NCBI GenBank assembly: GCA_023437305.1
Contig: JAEZGN010000010.1
Coordinates: 24,420-88,419, forward strand
Source of the DNA: Bacteroidota bacterium
GTDB taxonomy: Bacteria > Bacteroidota > Bacteroidia > Bacteroidales > Dysgonomonadaceae
Direction of reading: 5' to 3'
Length of the DNA: 64,000 nucleotides
Position numbers and translations under genes: made by a program. Within the stretch, counting starts at the first letter, position 1, and each line of letters begins with the position of its first letter. Below the pieces are notes generated by a model. It searched no databases. It had not been told where the DNA came from and saw only the letters and a list, made by a program, of their open reading frames with translations. Below, one piece after another: positions 10,087 to 22,251 of the stretch.

Positions 10087-13000
10087 TTAGAATGTTATAT
10101 CAATACCAACAGTCCATTTTCTCAGACGAGGATAACCACCTGCGTATATCCCGGTTTGATCTACTTCCGGATCATATCCGTCGAATTTGCTAAATGTATA
10201 TAAATTGGAAGCATTCATATATAGACGAGCTCTTTCAGCAAAGACTTTTTGTTTTGGTAATTTGAAAGTATACCCTACTGATAGATTTTGTATTCTTACA
10301 AAAGAGCCATCCTCTACCCAGTAGTCTGACAACATTGTTTGGCGATTGCTTCTCAGACTGGGATATTTATTCGTCGGATTATCCAGCGTCCAACGGAATG
10401 CAGCGTTATGAGGGTCTCCGAATGTTTTCGTGTTTAAAACATCGTTGCCGAAAACACCATTCAGGAATATACTCGCATCCAGGTTTTTCCAGCGGAAAGC
10501 AAGATTTAAACTGGCTGTAAAATCCGGATTCGGATCACCGATGATGCACCTGTCATTTTCATTGATAACACCTGTTGTGCCGTCCCCATCATAAATATTC
10601 ATGTATTTAAATTCTCCCGGCTGTGCATAATCTCCTGTAAGCCCTGCATCAAGCCCTTCTTGTAAGGTTTGTATAATGCCATTTGTCTTGTATCCGTAGA
10701 AAACATTGATAGGTTGCCCGATAGCCAGGATATTGGTATATGCCCGATATTGTTCACGGAGGTTTCCGATAACCTCATATTGCATTCCTGTACGAGGATC
10801 GGTAATCAATCCAGATTCGAGGCTACTGCCCAAATCCAAAACTTTATTGCGATTCATTGAGAAGATAAACGTCGCATCGAATCCCCAATCTTTTGTATCC
10901 ACTATGATACTATTAAATGTTGCTTCAAACCCACGGTTGCGTATTTTTCCATCATTTACCCACATGCGATCATATCCTGAAGATAATGCAAGGTTCCTTT
11001 CACGAAGTAGGTCAGAAGTTTCTTTATTATAAATATCAAGTGTAGCTGTTAATCTTCTATTGAAGAAAGCCATATCGATACCAAGATCCCACTGGGATGT
11101 TGTTTCCCATTTGAGGTCAGGATTGGGAATACCGCTCCAGACCTTATAAATTCCATCTTGTCCTGTATTTCCAGATACATATCCCGGACCGATGGCAGTC
11201 AACCATTGTCCTTCATTATAATATTTTGTAGTGCCATAGCGGCTTAATGTCTGATATGGGCTAATTCCTTGATTACCTGAAATACCATAGCTTAAACGGA
11301 ACTTTAATTCATCGAAAACTTTCCAGTTTTTCACAAATTCTTCTTCATGTGCTTTCCAGCTTAACGCTCCTGAGGGGAAATAAGCCCATTTATTATTTAT
11401 ACCGAATTTGGAAGACCCGTCGGCACGGAAGGTTAATGTAGCTAAATATTTATTATCGAAAGTATAGTTAAGGCGTCCCATATAAGAAAGAAGTTTGCTC
11501 TTAGAGAATCCGTTTGATAACAAATTTTTTGCTTGTTCGCCTGACCCCATATTTTCATTTCCTAAAGATTCATTCACAAAACCACTAGCTGTCAGATATG
11601 AATCCCTGTATTGGTACCATTCATAAGAATGTCCTGCCATAACCCCAAGTTCATGCTTCTCATTAAATAGTTTAGAATAGTTTGCAAATGTTTCAGAAAC
11701 AAAATTCTGACCTTCTGTATTGCCTATAATACCTCTTCCGCCATTTTCATTCCCAGCCTGTGTGTATTTTTTAGGAAAATACTGATCGTTAGTAGACTTT
11801 CCATATTTATAGTTTAACTGACTTGTTAGTTTAAGTTCGGGAAGAATCTGCCACTCCAATGCTGCCGATGAGATAACATCTAACATCTTCGTTTTATTCT
11901 TTTTCAGTTCACGTAGGGCCACCGGATGATCATAGTCAGTATTGTTTGCCTGCCAGTAAGAACCATCTTCGTTATATACAGGATAAATAGGATTTCTCCA
12001 ATAAGCAGTCCAGCCATTGCTATCCCTGTCGCCTAGATATAGAATATTTGACGCACGTATTTTGAAATTGTCGTATATATAATGATCCACATTGAGATTG
12101 TATCCACCTTTAGAGTAATCATCGTCTTTATACATACCCATATCAGAGAAATAATTCGCACTTAGGTTGAAACTTGTTTTCTCATTCGAACTGGCTACAG
12201 AAATAGTAGTATTGCTTGATACTGGTCTATTTCTGAATACAAGATCATCCCAACGGGTATTGGTAGTCCATGTCGTTTGTAGCTCTTCTATCGAAGGGTA
12301 ATAAACCCCGGCCGAATTCACTGCACCGATATAAAGAGGTTGTTCACCTCCATTAATACGGCTTTCGTTATTCAACATTGCCATCAATACGGGATCTCTC
12401 CATAAGTCTAGCTTTGAAGAAAACTCAGAAAAAGTCAGTTGCTGTTTGACTGAAACCGTTGTGGTTCCTTTTTTTGCTCTTCTTGTAGTAACTATAATTA
12501 CTCCATTTGCACCACGCGATCCATATATAGCTGATGCAGAAGCATCTTTTAGTACTTCCATCGAAACAATATCATCCGTATTGATTTGTTTCAGGTCTCC
12601 GGCATCACCCAAAGGGAAACCATCAACGACTATCAGAGGAGAGTTAGATCCACGTAATGAACTATTTCCACGTATACGCACAGTCGATCCCGAACCCGGA
12701 TCTTGAGAAGAATTGATTACCTGTACACCGGCAGCTCGTCCTTGTAAAAGACCCTCCACAGAATTGGCTGGAATATCGCTTATAACATCGGTTTTAATAC
12801 TCGCCACCGATCCTGTCAAATCGCTTTTCTTTACCGAACCATAACCAATTACGATTGTTTCTCCGAGCAAAATAGCATCATCTTGCATAGTTACATCAAT
12901 CGTTGTTCGGTTATTAATAGCGATTTCCTGCTTTGTCATTCCAATACTGGAGAACTCCAATGTTCCATTTGATGGAATATTGGGTAAAGAATATTTACCA

Positions 13001-13230
13001 TCTATATCTGTAATAGTTCCAGTATGTGCAGCAGCATTCTTAAGCACGACAGACACCCCGATAAGAGGCTCTCCTTTAGTATCTATAACAGTACCGGAGA
13101 CTGTTATTTTTCCAGGATCTTGATTTACGGCACCCTGTACCGTACAAAAACTACCCAACAAAAAACATATAAAAAACATTTTAAGGGATAGAAGACCCAT
13201 AGACATTTTTTGGGCTTTAGGTTTCTTCAT
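10087..13230 (-). CDS. susC: SusC/RagA TonB-dependent transporter
   Basis: GEPLIGVSV, GYGSVKKSDLTGSV, VLKDASASAIYGSRGANGVIIVTT, NPDLKWETT; C-terminal Phe. Confidence 0.95.
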   Translation of the reverse strand: MKKPKAQKMSMGLLSLKMFFICFLLGSFCTVQGAVNQDPGKITVSGTVIDTKGEPLIGVSVVLKNAAAHTGTITDIDGKYSLPNIPSNGTLEFSSIGMTKQEIAINNRTTIDVTMQDDAILLGETIVIGYGSVKKSDLTGSVASIKTDVISDIPANSVEGLLQGRAAGVQVINSSQDPGSGSTVRIRGNSSLRGSNSPLIVVDGFPLGDAGDLKQINTDDIVSMEVLKDASASAIYGSRGANGVIIVTTRRAKKGTTTVSVKQQLTFSEFSSKLDLWRDPVLMAMLNNESRINGGEQPLYIGAVNSAGVYYPSIEELQTTWTTNTRWDDLVFRNRPVSSNTTISVASSNEKTSFNLSANYFSDMGMYKDDDYSKGGYNLNVDHYIYDNFKIRASNILYLGDRDSNGWTAYWRNPIYPVYNEDGSYWQANNTDYDHPVALRELKKNKTKMLDVISSAALEWQILPELKLTSQLNYKYGKSTNDQYFPKKYTQAGNENGGRGIIGNTEGQNFVSETFANYSKLFNEKHELGVMAGHSYEWYQYRDSYLTASGFVNESLGNENMGSGEQAKNLLSNGFSKSKLLSYMGRLNYTFDNKYLATLTFRADGSSKFGINNKWAYFPSGALSWKAHEEEFVKNWKVFDELKFRLSYGISGNQGISPYQTLSRYGTTKYYNEGQWLTAIGPGYVSGNTGQDGIYKVWSGIPNPDLKWETTSQWDLGIDMAFFNRRLTATLDIYNKETSDLLRERNLALSSGYDRMWVNDGKIRNRGFEATFNSIIVDTKDWGFDATFIFSMNRNKVLDLGSSLESGLITDPRTGMQYEVIGNLREQYRAYTNILAIGQPINVFYGYKTNGIIQTLQEGLDAGLTGDYAQPGEFKYMNIYDGDGTTGVINENDRCIIGDPNPDFTASLNLAFRWKNLDASIFLNGVFGNDVLNTKTFGDPHNAAFRWTLDNPTNKYPSLRSNRQTMLSDYWVEDGSFVRIQNLSVGYTFKLPKQKVFAERARLYMNASNLYTFSKFDGYDPEVDQTGIYAGGYPRLRKWTVGIDITF

Positions 13231-13273
13231 GTGATTAGTTTTATTAAATATTATTTATAACTAGTTAACAAAA

Positions 13274-13330
13274 CAAAAGTATAGGGAAACAATGAATAAA
13301 AATTTACCAATCCTGCTGATTTGTTATACT
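13274..13330 (-). promoter_or_regulatory. susC promoter: -7 element TACTTTTG plus putative AraC box
   Basis: TAnnTTTG at 13281-13274 (minus). AGTATAACAAATCAGC at 13330-13315 is identical to the box at 16993-17008. Confidence 0.75.
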
Positions 13331-14340
13331 TTTTTGAATGTTTTGATAAAATCATGGATATTGCATGTTGCAACACCTACATATTTATCTGCACCTCCGT
13401 AATACACATATAATGTGTCATCTACAATTACATTTCCTGTCGGAAATACGCACCCTCTGTAATATCCTTCAATCTCGTAGTCGTATTCCGGCTCAAGGAT
13501 GAAATCCGAAGCTTTTGAAATTATCTTCAATGGATTTTCTAAATCCAGAAGGATAGCACCCGCCCTATAGTAACCCAAACCTCCGTTTTCAACACCATGG
13601 TAAATAACCAACCAACCATATTCTGTTTTCAAAGGCGGGGTACTTCCTCCTATTTTTTCTTCCCATGAGCCTTCAATACCGGTTAAGAGCAAATGGCTTT
13701 CTTTGTCCTCCCAGTCTAATAAGTCATCAGAAAATTTGAGCCAGATGGAAGGATATTTTACGCCATATTTTTCTCCTATATATTGCTTTGGCCGATGCAT
13801 CAATACATATTGCCCATTTATCTTTTCAGGAAAAATTATTACATCTCTGTCATCTAGCACGGGTGAAGTTAAACGCCCTAAACGTCTGAAATTTTTAAAA
13901 TCAGTAGTAACAGCAAGCCCCGTATTTCCCAGATTTTTAGCAATTGCTGCAGGTGCATCTGCACCCACCTTAGGTACTTTTACCACATCATGAGCAAATT
14001 TCCAATATTGTCCCGGAGGAAAGGGGCGGTATGCATATGTTACATAATATTCATTATCGAATTTAACTATACGCGGATCTTCCACACAACCTGAGTCGAA
14101 ATTGTTTGCTCCAGGTCCGAAGACTGGTTCATCCGAAGCTCTTTCGAAATGAAAGCCATCTTTACTGGTCGCCAATCCTAATCGGATTACATGTTCTTCA
14201 TCATTACCTGCAGCACGATAGAGCATGTAAAAAGTTCCGTTGTCATAGTATACTCCCGGATTGCATGTCACTAATGATTCCCAGTCATTTTTCTCGTTGG
14301 GAGACACAATAGGGTTTCCCTGAAATTTTTTCAATTTCAT
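13324..14340 (-). CDS. GH130 beta-mannoside phosphorylase
   Basis: CNPGV, VEDPRI (catalytic Asp), DDRDVIIFPEKING, MHRP, EKIGG, IYHGV, CVFPTG; no signal peptide. Confidence 0.88.
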   Translation of the reverse strand: MKLKKFQGNPIVSPNEKNDWESLVTCNPGVYYDNGTFYMLYRAAGNDEEHVIRLGLATSKDGFHFERASDEPVFGPGANNFDSGCVEDPRIVKFDNEYYVTYAYRPFPPGQYWKFAHDVVKVPKVGADAPAAIAKNLGNTGLAVTTDFKNFRRLGRLTSPVLDDRDVIIFPEKINGQYVLMHRPKQYIGEKYGVKYPSIWLKFSDDLLDWEDKESHLLLTGIEGSWEEKIGGSTPPLKTEYGWLVIYHGVENGGLGYYRAGAILLDLENPLKIISKASDFILEPEYDYEIEGYYRGCVFPTGNVIVDDTLYVYYGGADKYVGVATCNIHDFIKTFKKV

Positions 14341-14378
14341 AAATTAAAGTTTTATTATATTGATTTCTAATTGATTGA

Positions 14379-15956
14379 CTAACTAAATACAACCCAAAGA
14401 ATAGCACTCAGCCCTAACAAAAGTATTGCCCATCCTAGATAACTTTTATACCAGGCATTCCCTCTCAGATCTTTAAATTCTGTAATCAGGTCATCCTTTC
14501 TAAAAGTAGTGTCTGCAAGTTTATCATTGGTAGGCGCCGGACTCATCAAGCTTGTGAAATACATAATCAATATGCTGGCACTAAGCAGAAACGGAACCAC
14601 AAGCAAGAAGTGCATATCTCCGAAAATCTCCTGTCGGAAGAAAAGCATCAGTACCGCTATTGCCAACCCGCTTATCAGCCCAATGAAAGTACCATTTCCG
14701 TTTACCCTTTTACTGAATATACCCAGAAGGAACGCTGCCACAATTGGAGGTGAAATGTATGATAGCATCTCCTGATAGTATTTTAATAATGAGCCGAATT
14801 TACCGATCTGTGGAGCCCATATTGCAGCCAAAATAATGATAACTAATGAAGCTATTTTTCCCACCCTTACCAGTTTCTTTGAATCGGCATTTTTATTGAA
14901 GTGAGAATAAAAGTCCATTGTAAATAAGGTAGATGTCGAATTTAAAATGGCGCTTAGAGCTGAAGTCAATGCGGATAACAAAGCAGCTAAGATAATAGCC
15001 AATAAACCGATTGGCATTAAATTGATTACCATAGTCGGATATACCATGTCCGGACGATCCAGTCCTGGAAACAATCCTCTTGCAATAAGTCCGGGTATAG
15101 CTATTATAAATAAGGTTGCCATAGTCAAGAATCCATTCAGCATAACGCCTTTCCGTCCTTCATCAACCGTTTTGGCGCTTAACACCCGTTGTACCATCGT
15201 CTGGTTATTCGCCCAGAAATAGATACCCAGAATCGGCATGCCGACTATCAGTCCCAGCCATGGAGTAGCAGGATCATCCATCGGACGAATAAGTTTTGCC
15301 AGAATATCTCCGTTCTTATACAGATCGATAAAATAATCGCCTCCCTGCAGGAAACAGAAGATGGTGAGTATTACCGAACCTATAATCAGTATAATGGCCT
15401 GTATCAGTTCCGTTTTTATCACCGAGGACAATCCTCCTGGAATAGTGTATGAGGCTGCTATGGCTGCGAATATAATGATGATTAATTGCAAATCGGCAGC
15501 CGGATATATCAGCTTAATAATCAGTGCTGCTGCATATAATGCTCCGGCAGCATCCAAAAATATATTACCGATAATACAAATCGCTGAAAAATAGAAACGG
15601 GAACGTTTATCGAAACGTTTCTCTAAAAATTCTGGAATTGTGAAAACTTTAGACCTTATATATAGTGGCAATAAAAATACCGCAAAGAATACCATAACGA
15701 CTATCCCGGTCAGGTTGTAGTTGAAAACGGCAAGCCCTGTATCATAAGCATCCCCCGATTGTCCTATCAAGGTCGTACTGGATATGCTCGCTGCAAATAG
15801 TGATAAGCCGACAATCCACCAAGGCATCGAGCGACCAGCAAGAAAATAAGACTGGGAATCCGAACTTTTCCCATTTTTAAGCCCCCACCATATTATAAAT
15901 ATAATGTAAAGGACTACTATGACTAAATCGACTGTGCTGATTGAAAAATTTTCCAT
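14379..15956 (-). CDS. sodium:solute symporter (SSS) sugar transporter
   Basis: YFLAGRSMPWWIVGLSLFA, TIPEFLEKRF, NQTMVQRVLSAK; many transmembrane segments. Confidence 0.92.
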   Translation of the reverse strand: MENFSISTVDLVIVVLYIIFIIWWGLKNGKSSDSQSYFLAGRSMPWWIVGLSLFAASISSTTLIGQSGDAYDTGLAVFNYNLTGIVVMVFFAVFLLPLYIRSKVFTIPEFLEKRFDKRSRFYFSAICIIGNIFLDAAGALYAAALIIKLIYPAADLQLIIIIFAAIAASYTIPGGLSSVIKTELIQAIILIIGSVILTIFCFLQGGDYFIDLYKNGDILAKLIRPMDDPATPWLGLIVGMPILGIYFWANNQTMVQRVLSAKTVDEGRKGVMLNGFLTMATLFIIAIPGLIARGLFPGLDRPDMVYPTMVINLMPIGLLAIILAALLSALTSALSAILNSTSTLFTMDFYSHFNKNADSKKLVRVGKIASLVIIILAAIWAPQIGKFGSLLKYYQEMLSYISPPIVAAFLLGIFSKRVNGNGTFIGLISGLAIAVLMLFFRQEIFGDMHFLLVVPFLLSASILIMYFTSLMSPAPTNDKLADTTFRKDDLITEFKDLRGNAWYKSYLGWAILLLGLSAILWVVFS

Positions 15957-15980
15957 GGGTATTGATTTATATTCATGTTA

Positions 15981-16037
15981 CAAAAGTATGTGTTAAGTTG
16001 TATTGATTATTATACTATTCGATTGAAATGTTGTACT
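15981..16037 (-). promoter_or_regulatory. SSS-GH130 promoter: -7 element plus putative AraC box pair
   Basis: TACTTTTG at 15988-15981. AGTACAACATTTCAAT starts at 16037 and a second half-site AGTATAAT starts at 16016. Confidence 0.7.
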
Positions 16038-16113
16038 TTTTTGAATTAACTATTGCTTTTTTTATTTTATTTCTACATTTGTATATGGTATCACCTATTT
16101 AATAACTTTCGTT

Positions 16114-16980
16114 ATGAGAGAAATTCAAAAAGAGATTACACCCTTGTCGGATAATGATTTATTCATTGTTCTGAATCATCCGTCTGCCAAATTCGATTAT
16201 CCGGTGCACCATCATTCCGATTATGAAATTAATTTAGTAATTGATACATATGGGAAACGTATAGTTGGAGATTCTGAGGAAGAATTTTCTACTCTAGATT
16301 TGGTAATGATAGGCCCTAATATTCCCCACGCCTGGCAAGGGGAAATAGTAGAGGGAAACCATGTGGTAACTATCCAGTTTTCCGAAAAACTACTGAATTT
16401 TCCAATGCTGGAAAAAAGACTATTCTCGCAGATTAAAGCCTTACTTTATGAAGCTCAACGAGGCATATGCTTTTCAGAGAAAACACGACTGGATATGAAA
16501 GACCGTATATTAAAATTAACCAAGATGCAGGGCTTTCAGACAGTATTGGAGTTCTTTTCTATTCTTCACGACCTTTCTATTTCTGACAGGAGTGTATTAA
16601 TGGATAACAGATACGATTCGCAAGCAATTGTCAGAGTTTCCAAAAGTCGTCGTATCGCTAAAGTATGTGATTATATTGAAAAGAATTATGAGAATCAGAT
16701 TAAGTTAAGTGAAGTAGCTGAAATGGTAAACATGTCTGAATCTGCATTCAGTCATTTTTTCAAAAAAAAGACCCGTTGTACATTTATTGATTATGTTATC
16801 AATCTGAGAATAGCAAAAGCTTGCCAGATGCTATCGGAAACAACGCACTCCATAGCAGAAATATGTTTTCTTTGCGGGTTTAATAATTTATCCAATTTCA
16901 TTCGTATTTTCAAAAAAAAGAAAGGATCTACTCCCAGCGAGTACCGTACATTAATAGAACAAATGCTCATTAAATATTAA
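16114..16980 (+). CDS. AraC family transcriptional regulator (cupin + HTH)
   Basis: HHHSDYEI cupin; C-terminal SIAEICFLCGFNNLSNFIRIFKKKKGSTPSEYR. Confidence 0.93.
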   Translation: MREIQKEITPLSDNDLFIVLNHPSAKFDYPVHHHSDYEINLVIDTYGKRIVGDSEEEFSTLDLVMIGPNIPHAWQGEIVEGNHVVTIQFSEKLLNFPMLEKRLFSQIKALLYEAQRGICFSEKTRLDMKDRILKLTKMQGFQTVLEFFSILHDLSISDRSVLMDNRYDSQAIVRVSKSRRIAKVCDYIEKNYENQIKLSEVAEMVNMSESAFSHFFKKKTRCTFIDYVINLRIAKACQMLSETTHSIAEICFLCGFNNLSNFIRIFKKKKGSTPSEYRTLIEQMLIKY

Positions 16981-16992
16981 CATATTCATAAT

Positions 16993-17049
16993 AGTATAAC
17001 AAATCAGCGACATTGTATAACGATAAGTTTGCCTACCAAAGTAAATTTG
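16993..17049 (+). promoter_or_regulatory. GH30-esterase operon promoter: putative AraC box pair plus -7 element
   Basis: AGTATAACAAATCAGC at 16993-17008, half-site TGTATAAC at 17014, TAAATTTG at 17042-17049. Confidence 0.72.
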
Positions 17050-17079
17050 TTGTATGTAAACTTTTAATAAATAAATACA

Positions 17080-18558
17080 ATGTTAAATCTAATATCGTTA
17101 AAAAAATTGTTTTTACTGGCATTAGCCCTACATGCAATTTGCACACAAGCACAACAAATAGAATCGTGGATAACTACACCTGACCGGAATACTCTTTTTC
17201 AGCAACAATCCGAAAAGATAACTTTCGGAGATGAGCAGGGAAAAGGCTTGCCTATCATAATTGATGACCGTCAGGAATATCAAATAATGGATGGTTTTGG
17301 TTTCGCTTTGACCGAAGGAAGTGCGTTTCATCTGAATCGCATGAGCGCAAATGCTCGTGAAAATATTCTCAAAGAAATGTTCAGGAATGATGTGAACAAT
17401 GTCGGATTCAGTTATATCCGGTTAACCTTAGGAGCATCCGACCTGAATAATTTTGTCTATTCCTACAACGACCTTCCCGATGGAGAAAAAGATACCGAAT
17501 TAAAGAAATTCAATCTTGGACATGATTACGATGATGTAATTCCTGTAATGAAAGAAATATTGAAAATCGTACCTGATATAAAAATAATGGCATCACCTTG
17601 GTCTGCGCCTGTATGGATGAAGACGAATAATAATGTACAGGGAGGAGCTTTAAAGAAAGAATATTACAATGTATATGCACAATATTTTGTGAAATACATT
17701 CAACAAATGGCAAAAGAAGGAATAAATATTGATGCTGTTACTATACAAAATGAACCGTTAAACTCGCGTAATACTCCCAGTATGCCTTGGTATTGGCAGG
17801 AGCATAATGAATTTGTAAGGGACCATCTCGGACCTGCATTTAAAGAAGCAGGCATAGAGACCAAGATTGTTATTTTCGACCATAATTGCGACCGCCCCGA
17901 TTATCCTTTAGCTATTTTAAGTGATGCAATCACAGCGCAATATGTCGATGGTTCTGCGTTTCATCATTATCGGGGATATCTCAGCGGTATGAGTATCGTA
18001 CACCGGGCAAGACCGGATAAAAACATTTATTTTACAGAGCAGATGCTTACCGAAAGGCCAGATAGTAAGACTTTAAATATTGCATCGTCCGTGAAAAGGC
18101 TTTTGATTGATGTGACTCGGAATTGGAGTAAGAATGTTGTTCTCTGGAATTATGGAGCCAACCCGCTAAACGACCCGCATACCGATAACGGAGGTTGTTC
18201 GATGTGTCAGGGTGCAATAACTATCGATGGAGACCATGTGACTCGAAATATAGCCTATTATACAATAGCGCATGCGTCCAAATTCGTTCGCCCGGGTTCT
18301 GTACGCATTTCATCAACTCATCCTTTCGACTCTGGTGTGGATATTACTGAGGATGAAGAACGGGCGGAAGTGCGTCGTACAACGGTTGTGGAGCATAGCG
18401 ATGTATTACCGAATGTAGCTTTTAAAACTCCCGAAGGCAAGATTGTTTTGATTGTCGCCAATGACAGTTGGTCTCGTAATCATGTTAAGGTACAATATAA
18501 CGGACGTTTTGCCAATCTACCACTCGCTCCCGGTTCTGTGGGAACTTTCACCTGGTAA
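17080..18558 (+). CDS. GH30 glycoside hydrolase (glucosylceramidase/beta-1,6-glucanase-like)
   Basis: Signal peptide; DGFGFALT, GASD, ASPWSAPVWMK, TIQNEP (acid/base), YFTEQ (nucleophile), HASKFVRPGS. Confidence 0.88.
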   Translation: MLNLISLKKLFLLALALHAICTQAQQIESWITTPDRNTLFQQQSEKITFGDEQGKGLPIIIDDRQEYQIMDGFGFALTEGSAFHLNRMSANARENILKEMFRNDVNNVGFSYIRLTLGASDLNNFVYSYNDLPDGEKDTELKKFNLGHDYDDVIPVMKEILKIVPDIKIMASPWSAPVWMKTNNNVQGGALKKEYYNVYAQYFVKYIQQMAKEGINIDAVTIQNEPLNSRNTPSMPWYWQEHNEFVRDHLGPAFKEAGIETKIVIFDHNCDRPDYPLAILSDAITAQYVDGSAFHHYRGYLSGMSIVHRARPDKNIYFTEQMLTERPDSKTLNIASSVKRLLIDVTRNWSKNVVLWNYGANPLNDPHTDNGGCSMCQGAITIDGDHVTRNIAYYTIAHASKFVRPGSVRISSTHPFDSGVDITEDEERAEVRRTTVVEHSDVLPNVAFKTPEGKIVLIVANDSWSRNHVKVQYNGRFANLPLAPGSVGTFTW

Positions 18559-18574
18559 ATAAACAAATAGAATT

Positions 18575-21419
<2,845 letters not shown>

Positions 21420-21502
21420 AGAATTGATTAAAAGATTAGAATAAAGTAGACTCTACGTATTGAGTCTTTGTATCACTAATTAATAATTATAATTTTTTTA
21501 AA

Positions 21503-21920
21503 ATGAAAAATTTAATGAATTTGAAATTATTTTCTATCTTATCTAAACAAGATGAAAGTAACAATTTTCTAACAAAACTTGAAGAAGCCTATGACGAATT
21601 TGCACTAAAGTTATTAAACAAACTACAGATTGAATCAAACATTCCAAAGCTGTATTATCACCTTGGCTTTGTTCGTTTGGAACTTGTCGGAATACGAGAC
21701 GGGTTATCCGATAAGGAGGGAAAAAAATGCCTTAAAATATACAATCAAGGCAATCTCTCTCATTGATATAGAATTAAGAATTTTACAATGGCAATTACAG
21801 AATAATAGCAATAAAGGAAATCAAAAAGAAGAAAAATCAGAACAAGACCTCGGAGGGGTCGTTTTTTATACCATCTTTGAATTGATATTCAATCGCTTAA
21901 TCAATAAAACAAGTTTATAA
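21503..21920 (+). pseudogene. split/truncated RteC-like gene remnant (two overlapping frames joined at GGG-A7)
   Basis: ORF 21503-21766 reads ...EGKKC and ORF 21630-21920 continues ...EKNALKYTIKAISLIDIELRIL. This resembles, from recollection only, the split N-terminus of Bacteroidales RteC-domain genes. The C-terminal domain is absent. Confidence 0.45.
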
Positions 21921-22046
21921 GTAATGACTTAGGAACGATTTAGGGTAGGCATTCATACAAAAGAAAAACCTTCTAAATCTACTATTTAGAAGGCTTCATT
22001 TTCATTGGCTCAGATTTGACTCTGGCTTTCAGTGACCCCGGAGGGG
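21846..22046. mobile_element. att-like relic: degenerate direct repeat of the tRNA-Lys 3' end
   Basis: GACCTCGGAGGGG (21846-21858) versus GACCCCGGAGGGG (22034-22046); internal hairpin CCTTCTAAAT/ATTTAGAAGG at 21969-21993. Confidence 0.55.
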
Positions 22047-22105
22047 CTCGAACCCTCGACCCATTGATTAAGAGTCAATTGCTCTACCAGCTGAGCTACG
22101 GAGTC
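22033..22105 (-). tRNA. tRNA-Lys(CTT)
   Basis: GACTCCGTAGCTCAGCTGGTAGAGCAATTGACT-CTT-AATCAATGGGTCGAGGGTTCGAGCCCCTCCGGGGTCA; cloverleaf with TTCGA T-loop; -7 promoter element at 22125-22118. Confidence 0.96.
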
Positions 22106-22209
22106 GTTTGGTGAGTGCAAAAGTATAATAATTATTCTTTTTAAGAAAATATTTTCGAAAAGAATCTTTTAAAATCCTTACTTTTGTAGCCGAAGAGAAA
22201 TTTCTCCTC

Positions 22210-22244
22210 CGTGTATCTTAGGATTAACCACGTAAAAAACAAAG
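22210..22244 (+). ncRNA. preQ1-I-like riboswitch candidate
   Basis: CGTG-TATCTTAGGATTAAC-CACG-TAAAAAACAAAG directly upstream of queC: P1 stem, loop beginning with U and ending UAAC, A-rich tail. Promoter TACTTTTG at 22179-22186. Confidence 0.65.
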
Positions 22245-22251
22245 TTATAGA

